A stretch of 59,534 nt of DNA, the filler included. It is 7 parts of 7 records of this genome, joined end to end, with 100 filler letters (N's around TTAATTAATTAA, not from the genome) between each part and the next. Parts side by side here need not be neighbours in the genome. Positions count along the whole stretch, not along the records: positions 17,540 to 23,012 come from SRR31156797_21520; positions 23,113 to 29,408 come from SRR31156797_21553; 5 more parts are not named here. The stretch is one strand, 5' to 3'. Shown one piece after another: positions 18,231 through 29,508 of this stretch. Under the pieces are notes generated by a model. That model was not told the DNA's origin, made no database searches, and saw only the letters and a list, made by a program, of their open reading frames with translations. Made by a program: the position numbers and the translations under genes. Within the stretch, counting starts at the first letter, position 1; every line of letters begins with the position of its first letter.

Positions 18231-18284
18231 TAAACACGTAAAGACGCGCGACTTAAACACGTAAAGACGCACGGCCGTGCGTCT
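18231..18284. repeat. REP-like palindrome with partial tandem duplication
   Basis: TAAACACGTAAAGACGC at 18231 and 18254; perfect 20-bp palindrome AGACGCACGGCCGTGCGTCT 18265-18284. Confidence 0.8.
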
Positions 18285-18310
18285 CTTCCAATAATAAAAA
18301 CCCAAACACA

Positions 18311-18541
18311 ATGTGGAAAGAAGAAAACAACAGACTGACCCGAACTTTTGAATTTAAAGACTTTATCGAAGCATTCGCTTTTATGTCGAAAGTGGCATTG
18401 GCAGCCGAAAAGATGAACCATCACCCCGAGTGGAGCAATGTTTACAATAAGGTGAAGATTACCCTGTCAACGCATGATGCAGGAGATGTGATTACCGAAA
18501 AGGATCGCAAACTCGCAGCAAAGATTGACGAACTCCTATAA
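18311..18541 (+). CDS. Pterin-4-alpha-carbinolamine dehydratase
   Basis: [11 protein letters not shown]...[17 protein letters not shown]...STHDAG. Confidence 0.95.
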   Translation: MWKEENNRLTRTFEFKDFIEAFAFMSKVALAAEKMNHHPEWSNVYNKVKITLSTHDAGDVITEKDRKLAAKIDELL

Positions 18542-18553
18542 TGATTCGCCTGG

Positions 18554-18961
18554 GTGAGGCATCTCTACACATACGATGTTAAAATCCTGCTGGCATTTGA
18601 AATGGCCATAGCCGGAAAAAATGAGTTTTTTCATTGGCTGCTGGAAAACGGCTACCCGGAGCTTGCTGCCCTTTCCAACGCCATCCGTGCCAATACCGAT
18701 GCCATTGATTGGTTGATTAAAAACGGGTATCGCCATTATGCTGCTTTTGATGCTGCATCGGTGGATGATGAGACGGCTATGCGTTGGCTTAAAAATCACA
18801 AAATGGGTTTTTATGTAAAACTTGCCGAGGCCAGCCGGGGAGATGAAGACGCCATCGCTTATTTAAACCAAAACAACCTCACCATTTTTGTGCGTATTGC
18901 CCGCCGCATCAAGGAGTTTGTCGAGGGGCAAACCTTTGATTACCACAAAGCGCCGTTTTAA
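18554..18961 (+). CDS. Conserved hypothetical helical-repeat protein
   Basis: Repeated WL.ENGY / WL.KNGY units; co-directional operon. Confidence 0.65.
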   Translation: MRHLYTYDVKILLAFEMAIAGKNEFFHWLLENGYPELAALSNAIRANTDAIDWLIKNGYRHYAAFDAASVDDETAMRWLKNHKMGFYVKLAEASRGDEDAIAYLNQNNLTIFVRIARRIKEFVEGQTFDYHKAPF

Positions 18962-18973
18962 AATATCAATACA

Positions 18974-19489
18974 ATGGAAACTTTAAAAGCCATCAAAACA
19001 CGCAGAAGCATTCGCAAGTACAAAGATCAGCCTGTGCCAAAAGAAATGGTTGATCAGATGCTTGAAGCAGCAATGTATGCACCATCGGCCAGGAATTACC
19101 GCTCCTGGCAATTTATCGTAATTAATGACCGGGAGAAGCTGGATGCCATTTCTGATCTTCACCCCTATGCCAAAATGATGAAACAGGCTACCCTGGCCAT
19201 CGTAGTATGTGGGGATCAGTCCATAGAACCGGAGATTGGTTACAATGCGATTAATTGCTCAGCAGCAACCCAGAACATGCTTTTGGCTGCGCACGACCTG
19301 GGCCTGGGTAGTGTTTGGCTGGGAATGTATCCGCGTGAACCAAGAATTAAAGACCTCGTGGAATACCTGAAACTCCCCGAACATATCTTCCCAATCAACC
19401 TGATTTGTATCGGTTGGCCGGATGAGGAAAAACCCATACCGGAAAGGATGGAGAAAGAAAAAGTGCATTATAACGGCTGGGGAAAATAA
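18974..19489 (+). CDS. Nitroreductase family protein
   Basis: RRSIRKY, APSARN, AATQNMLLAAHDLGLGSVW. Confidence 0.95.
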   Translation: METLKAIKTRRSIRKYKDQPVPKEMVDQMLEAAMYAPSARNYRSWQFIVINDREKLDAISDLHPYAKMMKQATLAIVVCGDQSIEPEIGYNAINCSAATQNMLLAAHDLGLGSVWLGMYPREPRIKDLVEYLKLPEHIFPINLICIGWPDEEKPIPERMEKEKVHYNGWGK

Positions 19490-19520
19490 AAACCCCTACC
19501 ACATTGCTGCGGCAGGGGTT
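19487..19520 (-). terminator. Intrinsic terminator between convergent genes
   Basis: Minus strand AACCCCTGCCGCA-GCAA-TGTGGTAGGGGTT followed by Ts. Confidence 0.7.
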
Positions 19521-19558
19521 GGTTGTAATCCTCCAGTTTTACATATGAAGGGGCTGTT

Positions 19559-22500
19559 TTACTCTTTTACCAGTTTTCTTATGATGTTGATTTCTTCAGA
19601 AGTTGCCTTAAGGTAATAAACACCATTGGGGTATTGGGTGAGATCTACTTTACCGGCGTTGAAATCATTTGATTTCATAATTTCATTTCCATATGAATCG
19701 AAAATCAGGATATCAACAACATTATCGTTGAGTTCAATATCGAAAACGCCATTTGATGGATTCGGATAAATCTCAACATCCTGTGCCAAGACGTCTGAAA
19801 TACCTGTAGCAGAAAGTTTCATTTCGGTGATCTCCGATATTCCATAAGCCTCAAAGTTGCCCTGATTTCGGGCAGGATTATAGGTTACATCGAGATCAAA
19901 TGTTTCATCGGTTTCCGGACGGTAAACCCTCAGTGTGATGGATTCGTAATCTTCGAAACCATCCGTGATTGCTGTGGTCAGGTCATCACCAAACACCGAA
20001 AGGGCAAGGTTGTTACCTTCATATTTCACCATACCGGCACACACCTCATCATTGGTAAATGCCCCGATAAAGTCACCCGCTTTCAGGATTTGCAATGCCT
20101 TTTGATTAAACCCGATAACATGTGAACCCGGACTTTCAACCACTTGGTTCCATGGTGTCATGTTAATGGCTTCCGGCTGTGGCAATGAAACGGCATTGGT
20201 TCCACCGAGATCGGGGAAAATAATTGTTTGTTCAGCGTTTGACAGCACAAAATAAGCGGCGCCGGTGTTAACGGTCACCATTGAGTTAATGCTCAGTTCA
20301 GGCCAGTAAACGCGCCATCCGGCCACTTCTTTCACGATCTCGATATCTGCCTCGGTGAAGAGTTCGATCACGCCAACATTGTTTGACGACAATACAGGGA
20401 TCAGGTTCCAGCCTTCCTGCAGTTCGAGCACTTTTTCATCCTGCCTTGTGCTGAGCACATTCGTGATTTCTGATGTAGCGCCGGATTTGAAAATATATCC
20501 GCTCTTGAAATCCCAATCACCCAAAGTGTTGATGTTTTGATCGGGCCAGTAGAGGCCGGCCTGATTTTCCATAAGAATAATGTTATCAATTACCGGGGCA
20601 AAGAGGTTCTCAATGTCGGCATCAACAGGATTAAAATATGTGGATACGCCCTGCCAGCCTTCATCAATACTGATGTCGTGATATCTGGCAGTTTCAATTA
20701 CACTTGAGCCATCACTCTCATTGCCGGTATAATCGAACGCTGTAACTTTATAGAAGAAGAAATCAAACGTTTCAACCGAATCCGTAAATGCCGGTTCAGC
20801 TACATAAACGTATGGTTCGTCAGGGAAAATATCCGGATCTTCACTTCTGTAAACCCCAAAATAATGGAAGTCAGGGTCAGAAACCGAATTCCATGTGAGG
20901 TAAATGAGGGTGTCGGTGAGTACAGCATCCAAGCCTTCAGGAACTTCCGGGCTGATATTGTCCACAGAATAGCCCTGCACCACACCGCTGGTGTAATTGC
21001 CTTCGTCCATCGAAGCGATCACCCTGAAATCGATCAATCCACTATCAAACTGGGTTGAATCGAACGGCGTCTGGGTCATCACGGTATAAGTCGGGCTGCC
21101 AAACGCTGATGAATACCCGGCGGAGAACCAGCCGTTTCCATCGTTAAGTTGCACGGTGTAGTATTCGTTTGAAGTAACCAGGGTGCTGGTGTCAAATTCA
21201 CTTTTGCTAAAATGTACATATACTTTGCCACCCTGGTCATTGGGCACATCCTCAATTGTGGTGATATCAGGCGCTCCGTAATTACCGACATTGATTAGGT
21301 CTTCTTTGATGATGGTTTTGCTGTAGGCACCATTACTCACAACAAGGCATACTGTTTTAAACCCTTCGGAACTGTAGGCATGATAAGGGTTTGTTTCTTC
21401 ACTTTCCACATCGCCATTGGTGGTGAAATCCCATTCCCAGCGATCGGGGATTGGAAACCCGAAGGATTGGTCAGTGAAATGAACTGCTCCACCAACATGA
21501 ATTTGGGTAAAATCAACTGTAAAATCTGTTTCCAGGAAGAACGTATCATCATCCGGATCAAACCATGGATTGAAATGCACCATGCCACTATTTCCTGTTT
21601 CTTCGTTATCATAAAGTAGCTCATCGATTTGCGGAGCAGAATATACCCCCCAATCATTGTAATATGCATCCATGGAGGTTGCTGCATTATGATAGATCTG
21701 GTGGTCACCACCATTGTTATCCATAATGTGGTTAAAGCCGCCGTTGGTTTGAACTACTGATCCCATATCCGGAAAAATCGTCCCTTGGGTATAAACGCCA
21801 TAATCCGTATTATTCCTGATATAACTGCTTCTGATTTTAATATGCCCATCGTTTGATCTGATACCATGATAGAGGCTGTTTTCGATGGTACTGTAGGTAA
21901 TAAAACAATCAGGATGGGTTCGGTACAAACCAATGTTAGCATATTGGCTGTTGTAATTAGCACCACCGTAAGTAACCAGGCAATTGTCGAGTTGCAGGAT
22001 TCCGTCGCGGTTGCCGTTTCCGTTAACATAAATGCTTTGCCAGTCACCCGGATTCGGACCATTAACCTGCCCGTCGTTGTTGAGATCGCCGCCGTTTTCA
22101 TCATCTTTAAAAGAAGTGAAAACCACAGGATCTTTTACATGTCCGTCAGCAATGAGGGCTCCTTCAACATTAATGGTTGCTGCTGTCATCTTAACAATTT
22201 CGCCAGCCGGTATTGAAATGGTATCACCGGTAGTGATGGTCAGGATTCCGCGAATCACGAACGGAAACCCACATTTTGCCTTTGACATTTCCAGGCTTTC
22301 CACGGTTGATCCGTAGATGCCAAAAGCATTGTAGAAGTTTCCGGAGCCTGAATTTCCGCTAAACTCAGTAATTTTTGCATTATCCGCCTTTAAAGCCCAA
22401 TCTCCGTTTCCGCTAATAAAGCAGCCTTCAACTTTCGACAAGGCTGAAGTTGCATTTAAATAAATCCCGCTTTGGCCACTATTTTGAATTTGGCAATCGA

Positions 22501-23012
22501 TGATATCCACTATTGAGCCGTTGTTATAAATTCCAAGATTGCCGGCATTTTTTATCACGTTATCCGAAAACTCCACACCTGATGATTGAGACATATGAAT
22601 CCCATGAATAGCTGAGTTTTCGATATGGCAATTTTTGAAATAGCCTTCGTCAACGGCATAAAAGTAAACTGCAGCATTATCACCATTATAATTTGCGCCA
22701 CCATATAAAAACCTGCAATGCTCGATAAACACCTTGCCATCATTAGCCCCATTTCCGCTCACGGAAATGGTGTACCAGTCGCCGGATGAAGGAGTAGTTA
22801 GGTTGCCATCACCGTTTAGATCACCCCCATTTTCGTCATCATATATGGAAGTGAAAACAATGGGCTGTGAAGGAGTTCCGTTGCAATATATCCATCCGTT
22901 CAGCTGCATTTGTCCATTTATCAATTTTATAACTTCCCCCTCCGGAATGGTTAAACTTATGCCATCATTCACTGTAACCAAACCGTTTACTACAAATGGC
23001 AAACCTGAAATA
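19559..23012 (-). CDS. T9SS-secreted protein with right-handed beta-helix repeats, PKD and Fn3-like domains, 5'-truncated
   Basis: Two copies of a VFTS..DDENGGDLN.DG...GDW...YGGANYN module, PKD (FTDQS...WEWDF...NP.H.Y), C-terminal IYPNPS...NGVYYL...KLVK. Confidence 0.88.
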
Positions 23013-23112
23013 NNNNNNNNNNNNNNNNNNNNNNNNNNNNNNNNNNNNNNNNNNNNTTAATTAATTAANNNNNNNNNNNNNNNNNNNNNNNNNNNNNNNN
23101 NNNNNNNNNNNN
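23013..23112. other. Artificial contig linker
   Basis: N run with TTAATTAATTAA. Confidence 0.98.
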
Positions 23113-23182
23113 ACGCATTAGCCTAACTCCGCCAACGGGTTATTAAAAACATACATTAAACATTCTCAAGCAAATTATCACC

Positions 23183-26100
23183 TTAGAGCTCATTATGAAC
23201 CTTTACTTGTTTTAATTCATTATTTCCTCTAAAAACAGGAAAATACATATGCTCCATATATGCCGGATTAAGAGTAACTTTTCCGGTATAGCGAGGGACT
23301 AATTCTATTTCTACGGTATAGTTTCCAGCTTTTAATTCTTCGTAATAAATAGATACTCGATCTTTATAATACTCCCTGTGCTGTAAATGCCACCAGATCT
23401 GCGGTTTGTTATGGTAGGAACAAACAGAAGGTATCGGAACTTCCAGCATCAGGTAATCCGATTTCTTTTTAACCTGAATATCTACCACCAAACTCACTTT
23501 TTGTCCGGCTACCAAAGAATCCACCTTTTCGCCATTACGCTCAAAGGATGTGTTAATCTTAAAATGTTCCTCTTTTCGTTGCGGGCTTTGGTTAAAATAA
23601 CGACTATGCCATCCTGCAAACACTACCTGACTTCCTTTTTTTGTAATGGTAATCTCTTTCGCATTTTTAAAGCTGGTTTGATATGGGTAAGATTCTATTT
23701 CTTCTATTTTCCCATCGATATCCACCTTTACAAAACTACTGTCCTTATCTTGTTCTTTGGATAGTAAATCATCCAACACGACATCAATAATAGAGGACGA
23801 TTCGTAGGTATTCCGCCAGCCATTGTTAGTTCTTTTCTCGTAAAAATAGTTTCTAATTTTTGGCAACCAGTCGTTATGCTCACCTTCAGCTTTAAGTAGT
23901 TTGTACATGAATATGGTTTCCCTGATATCACCATAAAAAAGTGACCAGCATGGTTTACCCCAAAAGTAATTACCATATAAAGTTTCCTTTTTATGTTCTA
24001 ACAATGGTTCAATATCCACCGGAATATTCAGTTCATGTTTAAGTATGGCCAGGCTCATGGAATCAACTCTGCTAATAACTGAATCATTAAACTCCTTCAC
24101 CATATGTTTCAGGTTAACCTGCGCCTTCATAGCATGCAATGATTTCATTATACGAAGCTGTATTGCAGGTGATAAGTCATAAAAATGATTGACCAAAGCA
24201 TATTTTACTCCTTCTGAATTATAATTTACAGGGTAGCCGGCAGCCTTTGCTCTTTCCAATGCTTCCAGCACCTGAGCAGTAATCCACCAGGTAGTTTGCA
24301 TATTTTTCCACCATCCCCATAAACCATCTTCATTCTTCATTTTTTGTAAACGCTGAATCAGCTTGTTGATATCATCTTTGTATTTAAACTCTTTATTTAA
24401 ATAATTACAGATTCTTTCTTCATTCAACAAGCTTAATAATTTAGAAGAGGCCTGCTCATTACACAAGTGCTTGTAATTACGCAAACGACGGGTTTCATCT
24501 AAAAGAATATTCAAAGGATCGGATTCCAGATACAACTCTCCTTCCCTGCCTTCCTCCGGCAATTGAATGTGAATAACAGTATCGCTGTTCATGGTAAAGA
24601 AATCGCCCAATGCATCGTCTACTCCTTTTGCAAAAACCGGAATTTGTCTTCTCTCTCCATCAAAATAGCCATTCTTGCGCTCTAAAGTATAAGCCAATGT
24701 AACGGTATCTGTTGCAGGAACTTTAAAGGTAAGCGAATCCACTTTTAAACGCCCCATTTTTCTATCTTCTTTGAATATGCTAGTTGAATCCACCTTAAAG
24801 TAAGCTGCCACATCAATAGAATCGCCCATGTAATTCACCATTTTACCAATAGCGTTAATGGAATCACCCTCAATTAAAAAACGGGGAGCTAATAATTGTG
24901 CAGAAACCGGTTTAAAAGCTTTTACCTCGCTTTGTACTTGTCCGGTGCTTTTATTCTTTCCCCATGCCAACGCAAGTGTTTTCCATGAAGTAATATCATC
25001 TGGAAAGGTGGTAATAAAAGAAGCTTTTCCTTTTTTATTCGTAACGAGATTTGGCTGCCAGTATGCCTCATCAGAGAAATTGCTTCGAATACTGTTTAGG
25101 CTATTGGCCTGCAAAGGAATTTCCTGATTATTATCTATACTTTTTAATCCGGGAATACCTTTACCACTTTTTGTGGTAATTAGCACAACACCATTGGCAG
25201 CTCTTGAGCCGTAAATAGCCAAAGCAGCTTTATCCTTGATGACTTCTATATCTGCAATCAATGTTTCATCAATATCCATAGCCGTGGCATCTACCGGAAC
25301 GCCATCTATAATATATAAGGATTGTCCTGATGAAGAAGATACGCCTCTAATCTTCATACTACTTCCCGGTGCACCGGATGATGATACTATATCTAGTCCT
25401 GCAATTCTTCCTTGTAAGGCATCATCAACAGAAACAACATTAACTCCTTCTAAAGATTGCAAATCAAATGTCTGACAACTAACAGTAGAGGTTGCCACAC
25501 TCAGTACTCCTTTATCTACTTTTCGATAGGCAGCTACCGATACTTCATCTAATGCCAATACATCTTCTTTTAACATTGCATTAACCTCATTTGAATATCT
25601 CAAAGGCACTTCGTAAGGTTGAAAACCAATAAAATAAAACCCGATAGTCCAATCCCCGGCTGGTACTTCAAGAGTATAATTACCATCAAAATCTGAAATA
25701 GTCCCAATATCAGTTCCTTTTATCATCACAGAAACGCCTGGTAGAGACTCTCCAATATCATCAATAATATTTCCGCTAATAACTCTTGAATTTGAAAAGT
25801 CAAGCTGACTCCTTTGATAGGTGGCTCTTATTTCTCTCTCTGCTGTTCTCTTTTTTTCGTAAGCATTTCTATTGTATCCATCTTTTACCCATTTATATTT
25901 TAATATGGTTGAAATAGTACCGGACATATCATCATGCAGCAAAGAATCCGGCTCTATTATGGATATTCCTGTAACTGTATTGACTTTGACCTGAATATTC
26001 TCCTCTTTAAAATAACTACCGTTATTCATCATAAAAAGCATACGATAAGTTCCCGGTTTTAAATCATACATTTTCCTGTCTGCCCCCCGGTAAATATTCA

Positions 26101-29100
26101 TAAAACTGGGATTATCATCCTTAAAAAGTAAAATCTGAGAAAGAAAACTATCTGTGTTGTGGTTATCTTTTTCTTGATATTTGATACCAATTGTACCAGC
26201 TCCTTTTTTAGTCGTATTTGGGTTTCTATAGTTATATCGATTATTGGCTTTTGCACGATAGTTTTGCTTATCCAGATTTTCAAAGTCTTTATGTCGCCAT
26301 ATTTGATCGGCAAAACATTTCTTTCCCCCAACATTATTAAAATACTTATATTTCTTACCCCAGAAATTATCCCACGATTTCATTTTTGTTCTTTGCCAGT
26401 CAATCCAATATTTATAAGAACCTTCAAATTCAAAATTTGCATTAAACTCGCCTTTATTCACAAAATACACCGAACCATGTTTAAATGGCCCAACTACAAT
26501 ATTATCGTGACGACCACCGTAATTCCTAATTTGATTTTTAAGCAAATGTAATCTGCCTTTTTGTTCCAGATAAGTAATACCAGGCTGCCTACTCACATCA
26601 AAAATGGCAAAGTGATCTTTCAGTAATTTTCTTTCATAATCATTAAGTTTATTATTTCTTTTTATAGTTCGGCAATTATTCGGATGCTTGGAAACTTCCA
26701 AGGAAATCAGATTCTTCACATTGTCATGGATATAAACAGAATCCAAAACAATTTCCATATCGCTGGTGCGGATATTTAGCTTATGATAGCCTGGAGTGAG
26801 TGCAAAGCTAAAAGGATCTTTACAAGAAGTGAATGACGCATAAATCAATTCATAATCCAGAAAGATAAGATGTACTTTCTGTTGCTGTCCGTTTTTATAT
26901 ATAAAAGGTGCAAACTGGGTAATACTATCTTTGGCTGGAATCGTTTCGGTATGTATCCCTTCGTTAGGATAAATAAACTGATAATAGCTAATGCTATCCA
27001 GATTCATACGTGGATTCCAAAGGTTATAATTTAAATGTTGCTGACCTCTCGTACCAAACATTTTATCGCCCTGCATGCTGTAGTTATTGAACATAGTGCG
27101 TGACTTATGACCTTTTCCAAAATAATCTAATTGAGGTGCTTCATACTGGATTTTTTTAGTTAATGCATAAACAGTTAAGTCCACATCTTTCACCGGACGA
27201 TCTTTAAAATCAGTCACCTCAACGGTAACTTCAGCAGTTTGTCCCGGAAAAATAACCTGCGGTTGATTCATCTTTACATGCAGTTGCTTTTTATATAAAG
27301 GAACAGATATGGATTTTTCGTGCGCTTTACCTCCCCATTTGTAGTTTAGCGAAATATAACAACCATCGGTATTATTCATTCTTAGGGTTGTATCAAGCCT
27401 TGACGTATAACCTTTAGCTATTTCCTTATCTTTCTTATACACAAAATAATTGAACTGAATACCACTTGGGTTCATGATTTGCAAGTCAACTTTTCGATTG
27501 GTTCGAAACGAGGATACCGATAAATCAGGCCTGTAATCAATCAGATTAAAAGTTCGATTAATAATGGCAGAACGTATTTCACAGGACGAAGCCTGGTAGT
27601 TAACCGGATAACTACAGGGAAGCTCAACTTGTTTTGACTCTAGTAGATTTAGGTTTTTATCATAAATCAACAAACTGGCTTTTAATGGCAAATCTTTTCC
27701 CAGGTTGGTATAATTCAATTGCAAAGAATCATTACGTACATCTAATTCAATATCTTCCTTTTGATGATAGTAATAGACCCACTCCGTTTTCTCAATCCGC
27801 TCATTATCCGAGGTTCTAAAGATAGCTTGCAAAGTATATACAAAGTCCATTTGGGGCATCATAGAATCAGGAAGCAAAATAGAAGTTTCTCCAACAGGAT
27901 CGAGTTTTTGTTTGATGGTAAAAATAGTATCACTCAAGAATTCCCTTGTTCCATAAAGGGATGAAAAAGATTTCTGAGAAAGTAAATTAATCTCCACACG
28001 TCCATCCGGAACATTCAACCCATTCATATCTTCACCCTTGAGATGCACATAAAAAGGCTGTCCTCTCAATTGATTTTTAGCATCTGGTCGTATGGTATAT
28101 TTAATACTGTTCAGCTCATAGTCCTCATACTTAAATGCTTTTTGAATCACATCATCCCAACCATTTTGTTTTAGTAGTTTTATCGTGTAGTTTTTATCCA
28201 GTTTCAAGCCCAGTGAGTCGTGCAATACAAACTCGTAATCATAGGCTCCCTTCCGATTGGGTTGAATAGTATCCAAGGTGATTTTTTTGTTATAATCCAG
28301 ATTTAATACTGCAATTAAGGGTTGTTTTCTTAGAGGCTTCCCATCTTTATTGCTTACAAATGCTTTAAAGCGGATAGTATCATTAGGTTTATATTTTGGT
28401 TTGCTATACACCAGATATCCTTTGTAATCCTTGTACAATATGTCTTCTTCAAACTTGCGGACAATCCGGTTTATCCAGCCGTATGTTCCATATCGAAATA
28501 TAGATAAGTACACATCCTTAAAAGGTTTATAAGCATAATAAAAACCACCATAAGGTCGCCTTTTATAAATGGATTTTACCAAATCGTAAGGCAATAGAGC
28601 CACTATTCGGACGGGGACATATACATATTTCACGGGCCCTTTAGATAGCAACTTTCTGAGTTTCACTCCTTTTTTTACCGTGTTCCCTAAAAAATAATAT
28701 GTGGTAAACCCATTATGATTTACTTCCAACCAACCTCGCTTGTTCGTCTTTAGTTTACAATAAGCTCCCAGGTCTGTTTTGTAAGGAATTCGGGTACCAT
28801 TGATGGCTACTTTGGCATCTTTAATTGGCATGCCTGTTGTATCGCTAATGGTTATCAATAAATCGGCATAATTGTTATGTACCATAACCTCCAATTCTGA
28901 ATAAGAACGTAATTCAAACTGAAGCTCGTTTTGTTGCGCCCAAACCAACAAATAGTTGCCCTGAGGTAGTTTGGTATTAAAAACAGAATCATTAGGAACA
29001 GAATCTACCAAGTGATGAAAATAACTTTCATCCACCTTTTCTAATCCGTGTTTGTAGATAGAACGGGCTTCTTTGGGGTTTAAGCGATAAATATATTTGT

Positions 29101-29197
29101 AATAACTGGAAGTACGGGATTGTACTAAATCGCTTGCATTTAAACTTGAAAGACTATAAAAAAACAAGAGCAACAAAGCAGAAATTCTGTAGATCAT
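23183..29197 (-). CDS. Alpha-2-macroglobulin-like protein with internal CarbopepD_reg + TonB plug module
   Basis: Signal peptide; MG2-like YSKPKYKPNDTI; IRSNFSDEAYWQP...FPDDITSW; thioester-type CNEQ (24452-24463); GWRNTYES; internal LPGVSVMIKGT and IYGSRAANGVVLITTK. Confidence 0.85.
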   Translation of the reverse strand: MIYRISALLLLFFYSLSSLNASDLVQSRTSSYYKYIYRLNPKEARSIYKHGLEKVDESYFHHLVDSVPNDSVFNTKLPQGNYLLVWAQQNELQFELRSYSELEVMVHNNYADLLITISDTTGMPIKDAKVAINGTRIPYKTDLGAYCKLKTNKRGWLEVNHNGFTTYYFLGNTVKKGVKLRKLLSKGPVKYVYVPVRIVALLPYDLVKSIYKRRPYGGFYYAYKPFKDVYLSIFRYGTYGWINRIVRKFEEDILYKDYKGYLVYSKPKYKPNDTIRFKAFVSNKDGKPLRKQPLIAVLNLDYNKKITLDTIQPNRKGAYDYEFVLHDSLGLKLDKNYTIKLLKQNGWDDVIQKAFKYEDYELNSIKYTIRPDAKNQLRGQPFYVHLKGEDMNGLNVPDGRVEINLLSQKSFSSLYGTREFLSDTIFTIKQKLDPVGETSILLPDSMMPQMDFVYTLQAIFRTSDNERIEKTEWVYYYHQKEDIELDVRNDSLQLNYTNLGKDLPLKASLLIYDKNLNLLESKQVELPCSYPVNYQASSCEIRSAIINRTFNLIDYRPDLSVSSFRTNRKVDLQIMNPSGIQFNYFVYKKDKEIAKGYTSRLDTTLRMNNTDGCYISLNYKWGGKAHEKSISVPLYKKQLHVKMNQPQVIFPGQTAEVTVEVTDFKDRPVKDVDLTVYALTKKIQYEAPQLDYFGKGHKSRTMFNNYSMQGDKMFGTRGQQHLNYNLWNPRMNLDSISYYQFIYPNEGIHTETIPAKDSITQFAPFIYKNGQQQKVHLIFLDYELIYASFTSCKDPFSFALTPGYHKLNIRTSDMEIVLDSVYIHDNVKNLISLEVSKHPNNCRTIKRNNKLNDYERKLLKDHFAIFDVSRQPGITYLEQKGRLHLLKNQIRNYGGRHDNIVVGPFKHGSVYFVNKGEFNANFEFEGSYKYWIDWQRTKMKSWDNFWGKKYKYFNNVGGKKCFADQIWRHKDFENLDKQNYRAKANNRYNYRNPNTTKKGAGTIGIKYQEKDNHNTDSFLSQILLFKDDNPSFMNIYRGADRKMYDLKPGTYRMLFMMNNGSYFKEENIQVKVNTVTGISIIEPDSLLHDDMSGTISTILKYKWVKDGYNRNAYEKKRTAEREIRATYQRSQLDFSNSRVISGNIIDDIGESLPGVSVMIKGTDIGTISDFDGNYTLEVPAGDWTIGFYFIGFQPYEVPLRYSNEVNAMLKEDVLALDEVSVAAYRKVDKGVLSVATSTVSCQTFDLQSLEGVNVVSVDDALQGRIAGLDIVSSSGAPGSSMKIRGVSSSSGQSLYIIDGVPVDATAMDIDETLIADIEVIKDKAALAIYGSRAANGVVLITTKSGKGIPGLKSIDNNQEIPLQANSLNSIRSNFSDEAYWQPNLVTNKKGKASFITTFPDDITSWKTLALAWGKNKSTGQVQSEVKAFKPVSAQLLAPRFLIEGDSINAIGKMVNYMGDSIDVAAYFKVDSTSIFKEDRKMGRLKVDSLTFKVPATDTVTLAYTLERKNGYFDGERRQIPVFAKGVDDALGDFFTMNSDTVIHIQLPEEGREGELYLESDPLNILLDETRRLRNYKHLCNEQASSKLLSLLNEERICNYLNKEFKYKDDINKLIQRLQKMKNEDGLWGWWKNMQTTWWITAQVLEALERAKAAGYPVNYNSEGVKYALVNHFYDLSPAIQLRIMKSLHAMKAQVNLKHMVKEFNDSVISRVDSMSLAILKHELNIPVDIEPLLEHKKETLYGNYFWGKPCWSLFYGDIRETIFMYKLLKAEGEHNDWLPKIRNYFYEKRTNNGWRNTYESSSIIDVVLDDLLSKEQDKDSSFVKVDIDGKIEEIESYPYQTSFKNAKEITITKKGSQVVFAGWHSRYFNQSPQRKEEHFKINTSFERNGEKVDSLVAGQKVSLVVDIQVKKKSDYLMLEVPIPSVCSYHNKPQIWWHLQHREYYKDRVSIYYEELKAGNYTVEIELVPRYTGKVTLNPAYMEHMYFPVFRGNNELKQVKVHNEL

Positions 29198-29408
29198 AAA
29201 ATTGATATTTCGGTTAATTTACAGATAGGATGCAGTGCTATTATTTATTCCATAAAAATAAATGCAGTTTTTTTTACTTTTTTCTTTTTCAATAAAGAAT
29301 ACGATAAGATTGAAACGACACCTGAAGTCATATCTGTCATAAATAAAAAAAAGAATTTGTTTCTATCGTAAGTATAGTATTGGCCTCAGCCAGTGAACCA
29401 AAAAACAA

Positions 29409-29508
29409 NNNNNNNNNNNNNNNNNNNNNNNNNNNNNNNNNNNNNNNNNNNNTTAATTAATTAANNNNNNNNNNNNNNNNNNNNNNNNNNNNNNNNNNNN
29501 NNNNNNNN
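29409..29508. other. Artificial contig linker
   Basis: N run with TTAATTAATTAA. Confidence 0.98.
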
